DNA of 64,000 nt, taken from NCBI GenBank assembly GCA_963665095.1, contig OY762069.1, positions 3,520,001 through 3,584,000 of the forward strand. The letters are read 5' to 3'. This DNA comes from an uncultured Desulfobacter sp. GTDB taxonomy: Bacteria > Desulfobacterota > Desulfobacteria > Desulfobacterales > Desulfobacteraceae. Made by a program: the position numbers and the translations under genes. A model generated the notes under the pieces. It had not been told where the DNA came from. It searched no databases and saw only the letters and a list, made by a program, of their open reading frames with translations. Position 1 is the first letter of the stretch, and the number at the start of each line of letters is the position of its first letter. Below are positions 17,635 to 26,580 of this stretch, one piece after another.

Positions 17635-17692
17635 TTGGGGTCAGAGTAAAATTAAATTTGCAAATTTAATTTTACTCTGACCCCAATTATTT
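17629..17692. repeat. Perfect 64-bp palindrome (GGGGTCAGAGTAAAATT REP-like pair)
   Basis: AAATAATTGGGGTCAGAGTAAAATTAAATTTG followed directly by its exact reverse complement; overlaps the radical SAM stop codon. Confidence 0.9.
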
Positions 17693-17707
17693 TGAAAAAA
17701 AATAACA

Positions 17708-17736
17708 TTGAAAAAGCCGGCCTGATTTGTTTTAAT
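17708..17736 (+). promoter_or_regulatory. Putative sigma70 promoter of the oxidoreductase operon
   Basis: TTGAAA-N17-TTTAAT with extended -10 TG. Confidence 0.5.
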
Positions 17737-17787
17737 CGGTGGTTTGGATATATTTGATGGTATTTTAACCTTTTAGGGGAGACGGGC

Positions 17788-18471
17788 ATGCACCCTGATA
17801 TCAGCGGCACCATTATCATAGCAGGTAATTACGGCAGTGGAAAAAGTGAGACCGCCGTGAATCTGGCTGCTGTATCCCGGCAGGCAGGAAAGTCGGTGAA
17901 GATTACCGATCTTGATCTGGTCAACCCCTACTTCAGGTCCAGGGAAGCCAAAAAACCTCTGGAAGATTTAGGGGTGGAAGTGGTGCTGCCCGATGCCAAG
18001 TACATGCATGCGGATCTGCCTATTCTGACACCGGCTGTGGCCGGAATGATTAAAAATCCGGCAGAACTGACCATCCTGGATGCCGGCGGTGATGATGTGG
18101 GCGTGACGGTTCTGGCAGCCCTGGCCGATGTGTTTGAAAAGCATGTGGTCAGAATGTTCCAGGTCATCAATCCCCTTCGCCCCTTTACCGGCACAGTGGA
18201 TGGCTGTCTGAAAATAAAATCAGAGATTGAGGCGACTTCCAAGCTGCCTGTGGCAGGCCTTATTTCCAATGCCAACCTGCTGGACGACACTACGCCGGAT
18301 ATTATTTATGACGGCTTTGACCTGGTAACCCGGGTGTCTGAAGCCACTGGTATAAAAATTGAGTTTATAACCGCGTCAACCAAGCTTGTGCCCCAACTGG
18401 ACCCTGGACGAATCACCTGTCCCATCCTGCCCATCGACCGGAAACTGGCACCCCCCTGGAAACGCAATTAA
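17788..18471 (+). CDS. P-loop ATP-binding protein (MinD/CobQ-like) associated with VOR operons
   Basis: GNYGSGKSE, DLDLVNPYFRSRE, ADLP, LDAGGDDVG. Confidence 0.8.
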   Translation: MHPDISGTIIIAGNYGSGKSETAVNLAAVSRQAGKSVKITDLDLVNPYFRSREAKKPLEDLGVEVVLPDAKYMHADLPILTPAVAGMIKNPAELTILDAGGDDVGVTVLAALADVFEKHVVRMFQVINPLRPFTGTVDGCLKIKSEIEATSKLPVAGLISNANLLDDTTPDIIYDGFDLVTRVSEATGIKIEFITASTKLVPQLDPGRITCPILPIDRKLAPPWKRN

Positions 18472-18498
18472 CCCAAGGAGTAAGGAGTAAAAGTAACA

Positions 18499-18723
18499 AT
18501 GGCCTTTAAACACATTATTGATGCCGAGCGGTGCAAAGGGTGTGGGCTTTGTGTGCATTTCTGCCCCAAGGACGTGCTTGAGATCACCGACAAGGTCAAT
18601 GCAAAAGGGCATTTTCCCGTTCACCAGGCAAGACCTGATGATTGCATTTACTGCGCCATCTGCTGCACCATGTGCCCGGATGTGGCGATCAGTATAGTGG
18701 AAGTGGAAGAACAGACCAATTAA
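18499..18723 (+). CDS. 2x[4Fe-4S] ferredoxin, 2-oxoacid oxidoreductase delta subunit
   Basis: CKGCGLCVHFCP and CIYCAICCTMCP. Confidence 0.9.
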   Translation: MAFKHIIDAERCKGCGLCVHFCPKDVLEITDKVNAKGHFPVHQARPDDCIYCAICCTMCPDVAISIVEVEEQTN

Positions 18724-18743
18724 ATTTTAAGGACAAAGAGACA

Positions 18744-19814
18744 ATGGCTAAAGTCTTAATGAAAGGCAATGAAGCAATCGGCGAAGCCGCCATCAGGGCC
18801 GGCTGTACAAACTATTTTGCGTATCCCATCACACCCCAGTCGGAAGTCGCCGAATATTTAAGTAAACGCCTGCCTGAAGTGGGCGGCGTTTTCCTCCAGG
18901 GCGAAAGTGAAGTCGCCGTTGGTTATATGCTTTTCGGGGCCTCGGGTGCCGGTGAGCGGGTCATGACCACTTCTTCTTCTCCCGGCATCAGCCTGATGAG
19001 TGAGGCAATCTCCTATATAGCCGCAGCCCAGTGCCCGGTGGTATTTGTAAATATCATGAGAGGCGGGCCGGGCCTGGGCGGTATTCTTCCCTCCCAGGGC
19101 GACTATTTCCAGGCCACCAAGGGCGGCGGCCATGGTGACTACCACCTGCTGGTGCTGGCACCGGACGGGGTGCAGGAGGCCGTGGAGATGACCATGCAGG
19201 CCTTCAGCCTGGCGGAGAAATACAGAAACCCGGTCATGGTAATGGGCGACGGCATGATCGGCCAGATGATGGAGCCGGTGGAGTTCCCTGATGATTTAAA
19301 AACCGAACCCACCAACAAAGATGACTGGGCCACCAACGGCATGTCCACCAGAAAAAGCAAAAAGCAAAACCTGGTGAAATCCCTGTTCCTGGACCCTGCT
19401 GAACTCAATGAGAACAATATGATTCTCAAGGCCAAATACGAACAGATGAAAAAAGAAGAGGTCCAGTATGAACTGTACAACGGGGATGCTGACTACCAGG
19501 TACTCATCGCCAGCTACGGCACCATGAGCCGGGTCTGCCGCACCGCCATTGAGATGCTGAAAGAAGAAGGCATTGAAGTGGCCATGTTCCGGCCGAAAAC
19601 ATTATTCCCCTTCCCGGAAAAAGAGATTCATGATGCAGCAGTCAAAGAGAGCTGCAAGGCGGTCATCAGCATTGAGATGAGCATGGGCCAGATGGTGGAG
19701 GATGTCCAGCGCAGTGTCATGGGCAAAAAGCCGGTGGAATTTTACGGGGAGTGTGGTGGAGAGATCCCTGCCCCTGAAAAAATCATCGAAATCGTTAAAG
19801 AGCTGATCGGGTAA
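18744..19814 (+). CDS. vorB: 2-oxoacid:ferredoxin oxidoreductase alpha subunit (3-methyl-2-oxobutanoate dehydrogenase VorB-type)
   Basis: MKGNEAIGEAA, YPITPQSE, QGESE, TSSSPGISL, RGGPGLG, GGGHGD. Confidence 0.85.
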   Translation: MAKVLMKGNEAIGEAAIRAGCTNYFAYPITPQSEVAEYLSKRLPEVGGVFLQGESEVAVGYMLFGASGAGERVMTTSSSPGISLMSEAISYIAAAQCPVVFVNIMRGGPGLGGILPSQGDYFQATKGGGHGDYHLLVLAPDGVQEAVEMTMQAFSLAEKYRNPVMVMGDGMIGQMMEPVEFPDDLKTEPTNKDDWATNGMSTRKSKKQNLVKSLFLDPAELNENNMILKAKYEQMKKEEVQYELYNGDADYQVLIASYGTMSRVCRTAIEMLKEEGIEVAMFRPKTLFPFPEKEIHDAAVKESCKAVISIEMSMGQMVEDVQRSVMGKKPVEFYGECGGEIPAPEKIIEIVKELIG

Positions 19815-19837
19815 CCTTTCCGGTCAAGGAGAAGATA

Positions 19838-20581
19838 ATGGGAAAAACATTTTCTAAGCCCCAAGCGTTAACAGACAATTATACCCACTATTGTCCCGGC
19901 TGCACCCACGGTATTGTTCACCGCCTGGTGGCCGAGGCCATTGACGAGCTGGGCATCAGGGAAAGAACAGTGGGCATCGCCCCTGTGGGATGCGCTGTCA
20001 TGGCCTATAACTATTTTGACTGCGACTTCCAGGAAGCGGCCCACGGCAGAGCCCCTGCCATGGCAACCGGCATCAAACGGGTTCGCCCGGATCTGATTGT
20101 CTTCACTTACCAGGGAGACGGCGACCTGGCCAGTATCGGCATGGGTGAAATCATCCATGCTGCCAACCGGGGTGAAAAATTCACGGTCATATTTATTAAT
20201 AACGCCATTTACGGCATGACCGGCGGCCAGATGGCACCCACCACCATGCCGGGCCAGCGTGCCACCACAGCCCCTGCCGGCCGTGACACAGCGCTCACCG
20301 GCATGCCCATCCGCATGGCCAATATCATGAAAGAGATTGTGACCCCGGGCTATGTCACCCGCCAGTCCGTACTCAAACCCCAGATGGTGAACAAATGTAA
20401 AAAGGCCATCAAAAAAGCGTTTGAGTACCAGATCAGCAACACCTGTTTCAGCTTTGTGGAGGTGGTCTCCACCTGTCCCACAAACTGGGGCATGACACCG
20501 CTCAATGCCTTGAAATGGGCTGAAGAGACCCTGTTGCCTTACTATGAACTGGGCGATTATAAAACCCCTGAAGACGCCTAA
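19838..20581 (+). CDS. 2-oxoacid:ferredoxin oxidoreductase beta (TPP-binding) subunit
   Basis: YCPGCTHG, PVGC, HGRA, QGDGD...NNAIYGMTGGQ, CPTNW. Confidence 0.9.
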   Translation: MGKTFSKPQALTDNYTHYCPGCTHGIVHRLVAEAIDELGIRERTVGIAPVGCAVMAYNYFDCDFQEAAHGRAPAMATGIKRVRPDLIVFTYQGDGDLASIGMGEIIHAANRGEKFTVIFINNAIYGMTGGQMAPTTMPGQRATTAPAGRDTALTGMPIRMANIMKEIVTPGYVTRQSVLKPQMVNKCKKAIKKAFEYQISNTCFSFVEVVSTCPTNWGMTPLNALKWAEETLLPYYELGDYKTPEDA

Positions 20582-20598
20582 ACTATTGGGAGACACCC

Positions 20599-21135
20599 AT
20601 GCAGACAGAAATTAAATTTGCAGGATTCGGCGGCCAGGGCATTCTTCTGAGTGCCAAGCTGCTGGCCTATGCCGCCATGAAGCAGGGATCCCAGGTCGCC
20701 TGGATTCCCTCTTACGGCCCTGAAATGCGGGGCGGCACCGCCTATTGCACCGTTGTGATCAGTGACAAGCTCATTGGATCACCCATCATAAAAAGCCCCT
20801 CCCACCTTGTGGCCATGAACCGGCCCTCACTGGAAAAATTTGACAGCACCGTCAAACCCGGAGGCATTGTGTTCATTAACTCGTCACTGATCCCTGTCAG
20901 AAGCCAGCGTAAAGATGTTGAGGAACTGGTAATACCGGTCAATGATATTGCCATTGAGGCAGGATCTGTCCGGGCAGCCAACATCGTGGCCCTGGCAGCA
21001 TTTGCAGCCAAAAGCAAGCTGGTGGATCTGGAACTTTTGAAAAAATGTGTCAAGGAAGAGTTTGCCGACAAGGCAAAGATCATTCCGTTGAACATGGATG
21101 CCTTTGACAGAGGCGTGGCTGCGGCTACGGCCTGA
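20599..21135 (+). CDS. 2-oxoacid:ferredoxin oxidoreductase gamma subunit
   Basis: AGFGGQG, PSYGPEMRGG, NxxAF. Confidence 0.9.
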   Translation: MQTEIKFAGFGGQGILLSAKLLAYAAMKQGSQVAWIPSYGPEMRGGTAYCTVVISDKLIGSPIIKSPSHLVAMNRPSLEKFDSTVKPGGIVFINSSLIPVRSQRKDVEELVIPVNDIAIEAGSVRAANIVALAAFAAKSKLVDLELLKKCVKEEFADKAKIIPLNMDAFDRGVAAATA

Positions 21136-21154
21136 TACAAAAAGAGAGAATGTC

Positions 21155-21209
21155 ACAGACAGGCGGGAAAAGGAAATTAACGAGTCCTTTTTCTGCCTGT
21201 ACTGTTTTT
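21155..21209 (+). terminator. Intrinsic terminator after the VOR operon
   Basis: ACAGGCGGGAAAAGGA / TCCTTTTTCTGCCTGT stem followed by ACTGTTTTT. Confidence 0.6.
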
Positions 21210-21265
21210 ATCCTGAGTGTGCAAAAAACCGTTGTAAATTTTATTTTTACAAAACCAAAAATAAT

Positions 21266-22575
21266 CAGTAGTGTCCGGTTAGGTTTTTGCTTGCTCAGTA
21301 ATTTTTTGATCTTTGACAATATTGTCTCTGTTTGAACCGTGAAAAGCATCATTGTTGCTCTCAATCAGATCATTCAAGATGGCTGTTCGTAACTGCCGAA
21401 CCCTTTTAATAGTAACCTTTTCATTAAACTCGTTTCGACAGTAGATTGCAAGCAACAGATACGTGATGAGGCCGCTAAGGATTTGCACCATAAGGCCATA
21501 TTCGCTGCGGGCAATGAGGTGGTAAACTTTCAGGTGTCCTTTCCACCATTTGAAAAAATCTTCAATGGTCCACCGGAGCTTATATATGGTTGCTATTTGC
21601 TCTGCCGTTAAATCATGCCTGTCAGTTGCTACATAGTATTTCACGCCGGCAATTTTATAGCCAACAACCCGGACGGGAGTTTTTGTCTGGTTCAGGTTCG
21701 GAGTGCCAAGGAAGACCAGAGCATCATAGAAAATGTAGCTGCCATAGTTGACCTCGTGAGTCTCAATTACCGTTCTGGTTGTTTTGGCTTTTATACGGCA
21801 AACAAAATGCTTGCCTTGTGCCTGTAGCAAGTCAAAATCGTGATGTGATTGATAGCCACGGTCCATAACACCTGTTTGCCCCTCGGTAAGTATCTTTGGG
21901 ACAAAAGGGCGCTCCCCGCCGTTGCCTTCTGTCAGGAATATTTTGTTTGGAATGCCGTGATTTATGTCAAATCCGCAATGCGCTTTGGCTTTTTTACTTC
22001 CTTTCCTGTAGTTTGCCCAATGCATTGAAAGGACGGCATTTATAAGGCTGCCGTCAATGGAAACCAGATCGCCCAACTCGGCATGCTCCTTTGGCAGGCA
22101 CCCAACAGCCTGTTTATAAAGATCTTCGAAGACAAATTGCAGTTGTTCAAGCCCTCGGTGGTTGACTGCTTCACAAAAGCTGCTGCGGCTGATACCGCCT
22201 TCCGGAGCAATATGTTCTTTGGCAAAAATATTTTCCTTGAGATCTTGGACTAAATGCCGGGCTGATTTGTGTTCCTGCAGATGAAAATAAATCAGGGCAT
22301 TTATCTGGTCTTCGAATGTCATTTTTAAAGGTCGGTCTCCTCGAGATTGCAATTCTGGTGCTTGTGGAAGCGACCTTATCAGAGGGTTACGGAACTTGTC
22401 AAAATTCAGGGACGATATTATGGCTTTGGTAATTGAAATGCGCGTCATTTGGGCTCCTTGATAAAATTTTTCAAGGCGCGCAAAAATTTTTACGCACATT
22501 TGTCAACATAAAAATGACGTTTTTTGAATAATTTTAGATATTTTTTATATGCAACAACCTAACCGGACACTACTG
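21266..22575 (-). mobile_element. IS4-family insertion sequence, 1310 bp, apparently intact
   Basis: Terminal inverted repeats CAGTAGTGTCCGGTTAGGTT(T/G)TTGC (24/25 match); 9-bp direct target duplication AAAAATAAT at 21257-21265 and 22576-22584. Confidence 0.95.
21279..22448 (-). CDS. IS4-family DDE transposase
   Basis: SIDGS, MDRGY, YKLRWTIEDFFK (YREK motif); RBS AAGGAG before ATG 22448; stop lies inside the terminal repeat. Confidence 0.93.
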   Translation of the reverse strand: MTRISITKAIISSLNFDKFRNPLIRSLPQAPELQSRGDRPLKMTFEDQINALIYFHLQEHKSARHLVQDLKENIFAKEHIAPEGGISRSSFCEAVNHRGLEQLQFVFEDLYKQAVGCLPKEHAELGDLVSIDGSLINAVLSMHWANYRKGSKKAKAHCGFDINHGIPNKIFLTEGNGGERPFVPKILTEGQTGVMDRGYQSHHDFDLLQAQGKHFVCRIKAKTTRTVIETHEVNYGSYIFYDALVFLGTPNLNQTKTPVRVVGYKIAGVKYYVATDRHDLTAEQIATIYKLRWTIEDFFKWWKGHLKVYHLIARSEYGLMVQILSGLITYLLLAIYCRNEFNEKVTIKRVRQLRTAILNDLIESNNDAFHGSNRDNIVKDQKITEQAKT

Positions 22576-22643
22576 AAAAATAATGATACTTTAGGGGTCA
22601 GGCAGATATTCAATCCAATTAATTTTCTTTGTGTGATTCAAGC

Positions 22644-22952
22644 ATGATTAAACATAAATTTGCAAAATTAAATGATACACAGATTCAGGACATCAAAGCC
22701 CTGGAGCAAAGCCTGGGAGAGGATATTCAAATCTTTGCCATAGAAAAACAGCCTGTGTTTGTTGTGGAGGCAAAGACAGCACCTAACTGCTGGGAGCGAA
22801 TAAAAGAGATCTATCCCGGGGTGGGCTTTCAGTCTTATTATTCAACCAAAGACGAAGCCCTGGCTGCCAAAGCCACCCTGAAACACCTGCTGCTTGGCAG
22901 ACTGAAAGGGCAGTTTCAGAAATACCCGATCAGAATCCGGGAAACCAGCTGA
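22644..22952 (+). CDS. Hypothetical protein
   Basis: 102-aa ORF with natural-looking composition (FAKLNDTQIQDIKALEQSLG...); no family recognised. Confidence 0.55.
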   Translation: MIKHKFAKLNDTQIQDIKALEQSLGEDIQIFAIEKQPVFVVEAKTAPNCWERIKEIYPGVGFQSYYSTKDEALAAKATLKHLLLGRLKGQFQKYPIRIRETS

Positions 22953-23109
22953 TATCGGCCTTTCCTCAAAACAAATGTCAACAGGATTTCGGATGTCCAG
23001 AACACCCAGGTACCCTGGTCAATGAGATCTGAAAAATTGTTTTGCCATGCATATAAAAAATTACAATTTCCTACCTGATACCTGCATTTAAAATCAGTTT
23101 CTTTTCTCC

Positions 23110-23271
23110 TTGACAATAAAACCAATCCTATGTTTTAAAGGGCACAATGCGTCAGGAAGGCGCACGCAGCGAAGCGTTAAAAAAAGCAGTTAGCAATATA
23201 TAAATTAATTTAAAGCCAAGAAGGTTAAGATATCGAAATTTTCGATACCGGTATCCTTTTTGGCTTTTTTT
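23110..23271 (+). promoter_or_regulatory. Promoter plus structured leader with intrinsic terminator (attenuator candidate) of the TonB/ABC operon
   Basis: TTGACA at 23110; hairpins TGCGTC-AGGAA-GGCGCA, ACGC-AGCGAA-GCGT and AGCC-AAGAA-GGTT; 13-bp stem AAAGCCAAGAAGG/CCTTTTTGGCTTT plus T-tract about 60 nt before the first ATG. Confidence 0.6.
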
Positions 23272-23330
23272 GTTTCTATCAAATTTGATGCTGATGAAAA
23301 TGTTAGCCTCTAAAAATATAGGAGAAGAGA

Positions 23331-24101
23331 ATGAATAAAGGCAGGATAGCAATGATAGCCTGGGTGGTTCTGGTAATAATATGGGCTCCGCAAATCCAGG
23401 CTGCCAATGTAAAAAAAGAGATAGAAGACCCTGTTCATAAGGCAGTGGGAATTGAGCAGAGAACCCAGACAGACGAGGTAAAGTGGCGCAACGAAAAAGA
23501 AAGCAAAATAGCAGAGTTCGAAGCCCTGGAAAAAGAGCTGGCCATGGTGGAAAAGGAGCGGGATCTGGAAGCCGCCCGGAACAAGGCCCTTGTTTCAAAG
23601 GTCAACCACACCAGAAAACAGCTGGCCGACATTGCTGAAATCGAGGGTCAGATATCTCCCTTTCTTTGCGATTTATTGAATAAAATTAAAGAGCTCAACG
23701 CCCATGATCTGCCGTTTTTACAGGCAGAGCGTGAGAAAAGACTTCAGGCACTTGAGGAGCTGAACACCAATCCGGAAGTGCCGATGAGTGAAAAGTTCAG
23801 AAAACTGATGGAGGCCCTTCTTGTGGAAACCGAATACGGCACCACCATTGAAGTCTACCAGCAGACGGTGCCGCTTGCCGGGGAAGATACCCTGGTCAAC
23901 ATCTTCAGACTGGGCCGGCTGCGACTTTTCTACCAGACCCTGGACAAACAGCAGTGCGGGTTCTTCAACCCTGCCGAGAAATCATGGCAACCGTTGGAAG
24001 ATATCTATCTGAAAACCATTCAGGCAGCCATAGATATGGGTTCCAAGCGCAAGCCCGTTGAGATTTTAACCCTGCCCATCGGAAGGATCGTGGTCCAATG
24101 A
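23331..24101 (+). CDS. DUF3450-family exported coiled-coil protein (TonB2-system accessory, TtpB-like)
   Basis: Signal peptide, coiled coil, DLPFLQAER, EKFRKLMEAL..E.EYG, FRLGR; first gene before exbB-like genes. Confidence 0.8.
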   Translation: MNKGRIAMIAWVVLVIIWAPQIQAANVKKEIEDPVHKAVGIEQRTQTDEVKWRNEKESKIAEFEALEKELAMVEKERDLEAARNKALVSKVNHTRKQLADIAEIEGQISPFLCDLLNKIKELNAHDLPFLQAEREKRLQALEELNTNPEVPMSEKFRKLMEALLVETEYGTTIEVYQQTVPLAGEDTLVNIFRLGRLRLFYQTLDKQQCGFFNPAEKSWQPLEDIYLKTIQAAIDMGSKRKPVEILTLPIGRIVVQ

Positions 24102-25537
24102 AATGTAACCTTACATATATTTTGACAGCTCTTTTGCTCACTTTCTCTCTGCTCTTTTGTCAATCATTATGGGCAAAGGACATGCGTGAAATCCGCATTG
24201 AAACCGAAAAGATTGAAGCATCCATGAAACAAAAGGCGGCAGCGGAACTGTCTGCCGCCCAGGAAGCTGCCAGGGAAAGCCGCCGGCAGATTATGTCAGA
24301 CAGATCCCGGCTGGATCAGGCCATTGCCGAATTAAAAAAGAAAATTGTTGCCACTGATACGGAACTTAAAGCCCTTAAAACAGATAATGAAAACCTGACC
24401 GCAGAAGAGAGTCAGCTGTCCAAGGAGCTGGATGAGGCACAGGGCACCGTCAAAGAGCTCTCCGGTGCCATCCGCATGAACGCCAAGGACATCCGCTCTC
24501 TTCTGGACAACAGTTTTCTTACCGGGGTGTATCACCCGGACACCCGGTTTCTGACCACCATTGCAGATAACTCCGTCATTCCCGGCATGGATGAGATAAA
24601 AGCCATGGCTGCCCTGCTTTTTGACCAGATTGACCAGGGCGGGGCTGTCACCCTTGAAACCGGTGAAATCGTGAACCGCGAAGGAAAGGCCCAGGATAGC
24701 CAGATACTGGTCATTGGGGCGTTTACGGCGGCATACCGGCTGGCAGGGGAGACCGGATTCCTGAATTTTTCCCATGGAGAAAGGAAACTCTACGCGCTTT
24801 CCAAGCTGCCCTCCCTGCCCATGCAGGAAAAGCTTACCGGATATATGGATGGGAAAAACGATGCCGTACCCATGGATATCTCCCGGGGGGCTGCTTTAAG
24901 CCAGCTGATCCACGAATTAAGTCTGATGGACCAGGTTCCCAAGGGCGGCCCCATTGTATGGCCCATCCTGGCCATCCTGGCCCTGGGCGCACTGATCACC
25001 CTGGAGCGGGTCTTCTTTCTTCTGCGCCGGAAAATCAGGCTGGAAACCGTGTGCGGTAAAATCGAAAGCCAGGCTGCGGCCCAAAGCTGGGATGAATGCA
25101 CCGCCACCTGCGACAAGTACAAAAGAAACCCGGTGATCCGGGTGATCCGCTCCGGTATTGAGAGCCGGACACTTCCCAGGGAAGACATGGAAAACGCCGT
25201 GCAGGAAGCCATTCTTAGAGAGATCCCCCCCATGGAGCGCTTCCTGTCCACCATGGGGATGCTGGCGGCCATTGCCCCGCTGCTCGGGCTTCTTGGCACC
25301 GTTACCGGCATGATCGACACCTTCCATGTCATCACCATGCATGGCACTGGTGACCCGCGCATGATGTCCGGCGGCATTTCCGAGGCCCTGGTCACCACCA
25401 TGCTGGGTCTTTCCGTAGCCATTCCAATTATGCTCTCCCACACCCTTCTGAGCCGTGCGGTTGAGAACAGTGTGGGCATGATGGAGGAGAAGGCCGTGGC
25501 CCTGATCAATATCGTCCAGAAGTTCAAGGGGGCGTGA
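24098..25537 (+). CDS. Long MotA/TolQ/ExbB proton-channel protein (TtpC-like)
   Basis: Signal peptide and coiled coil, then GGPIVWPIL, APLLGLLGTVTGMI, GISEALVTT. Confidence 0.88.
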   Translation: MKCNLTYILTALLLTFSLLFCQSLWAKDMREIRIETEKIEASMKQKAAAELSAAQEAARESRRQIMSDRSRLDQAIAELKKKIVATDTELKALKTDNENLTAEESQLSKELDEAQGTVKELSGAIRMNAKDIRSLLDNSFLTGVYHPDTRFLTTIADNSVIPGMDEIKAMAALLFDQIDQGGAVTLETGEIVNREGKAQDSQILVIGAFTAAYRLAGETGFLNFSHGERKLYALSKLPSLPMQEKLTGYMDGKNDAVPMDISRGAALSQLIHELSLMDQVPKGGPIVWPILAILALGALITLERVFFLLRRKIRLETVCGKIESQAAAQSWDECTATCDKYKRNPVIRVIRSGIESRTLPREDMENAVQEAILREIPPMERFLSTMGMLAAIAPLLGLLGTVTGMIDTFHVITMHGTGDPRMMSGGISEALVTTMLGLSVAIPIMLSHTLLSRAVENSVGMMEEKAVALINIVQKFKGA

Positions 25538-26148
25538 TGCCGCTTTTCATTCATGAAAACCTGGATCTGATGACCGATCTGATCCGGGCCGGCGGTGTGG
25601 TCATGGTGCCCCTGGTGGTTTTAAGTCTTGTCATGTGGCTGCTGATTATTGAACGTACCTTTTTCTTCAGACGGCTCTACAGAAAAAACATGAACGCCAG
25701 AACTGCGCTGGATCTAATACGGGAAAACACCCTGCCCGACCCCAAAAACTACCGTGGTGCGGTCAGTCTCCTGGTAACGGAATTCATCCAGAACCGGTCC
25801 GGCGAAAACAGGCTGGACCGCCATCTTCTGGATGCAGCCGTGGCCCGGATCAACCGGAGACTCACCCGCTCCCTGGCCGTCATCGGCGTCCTGGCCGCCA
25901 TGGCCCCGCTCATGGGACTTCTGGGCACGGTCACCGGCATGATCACCACCTTTGACGTCCTGGCCATATTCGGCACAGGCAACGCCAAAGCCATGGCCGG
26001 AGGCATTTCCGAGTCTCTTATCACCACCCAGACAGGTCTTATTGTGGCCATTCCCGGACTTTATATGAAAGGATTTCTGGACCGGCGGGCCGAACACTTA
26101 AGCCAGCGGGTCCAGCGGGTGGGCTTATATCTGAAACGGCATATGTAA
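25534..26148 (+). CDS. exbB: ExbB proton-channel protein
   Basis: APLMGLLGTVTGMI, GISESLITTQTGL. Confidence 0.88.
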   Translation: MMPLFIHENLDLMTDLIRAGGVVMVPLVVLSLVMWLLIIERTFFFRRLYRKNMNARTALDLIRENTLPDPKNYRGAVSLLVTEFIQNRSGENRLDRHLLDAAVARINRRLTRSLAVIGVLAAMAPLMGLLGTVTGMITTFDVLAIFGTGNAKAMAGGISESLITTQTGLIVAIPGLYMKGFLDRRAEHLSQRVQRVGLYLKRHM

Positions 26149-26160
26149 GGGAACACAACC

Positions 26161-26580
26161 ATGCTCAACGTTGCTGCAAGCAGAAAAAATAAAAAAGGGG
26201 CGGTTGAACTCAACATTGCCCCCCTCATTGATATGGTATTCATCCTGCTGATCTTTTTTCTGGTTACCACAAGTTTTGTAAAAGAGACCGGCATTGATGT
26301 GACAAGGCCCACGGCATCCACTGCCACCACCAAACCCAAGGCCACCATCCTCATTGCCGTGGACAGCCAGAACCGGGTCTTCATGGACCACCGGGAGATC
26401 GATATCCGGGCGGTCCGGGCCAACACAGAACGGGCCCTGGCGGAAAACCCTGACGGGGCCGTGGTGGTGGTGGCGGACCAGACTTCCGACACCGGCATTG
26501 CCATCCAGGTCATGGACGGCTGCCGCCTGGCCGGTGCCCCCAATGTATCGTTAGCGGCGGCGCTCCCGGAGGGACAATGA
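26161..26580 (+). CDS. exbD: ExbD biopolymer transport protein
   Basis: LNIAPLIDMVFILLIFFLVT, VAD, VMD. Confidence 0.92.
   Translation: MLNVAASRKNKKGAVELNIAPLIDMVFILLIFFLVTTSFVKETGIDVTRPTASTATTKPKATILIAVDSQNRVFMDHREIDIRAVRANTERALAENPDGAVVVVADQTSDTGIAIQVMDGCRLAGAPNVSLAAALPEGQ

Noticed and set aside
22953..23330. Cobalamin riboswitch or Fur box ahead of the TonB operon
   Set aside because: No B12-box or GGGAA...GCCACTG core and no GATAAT-type palindrome was found.
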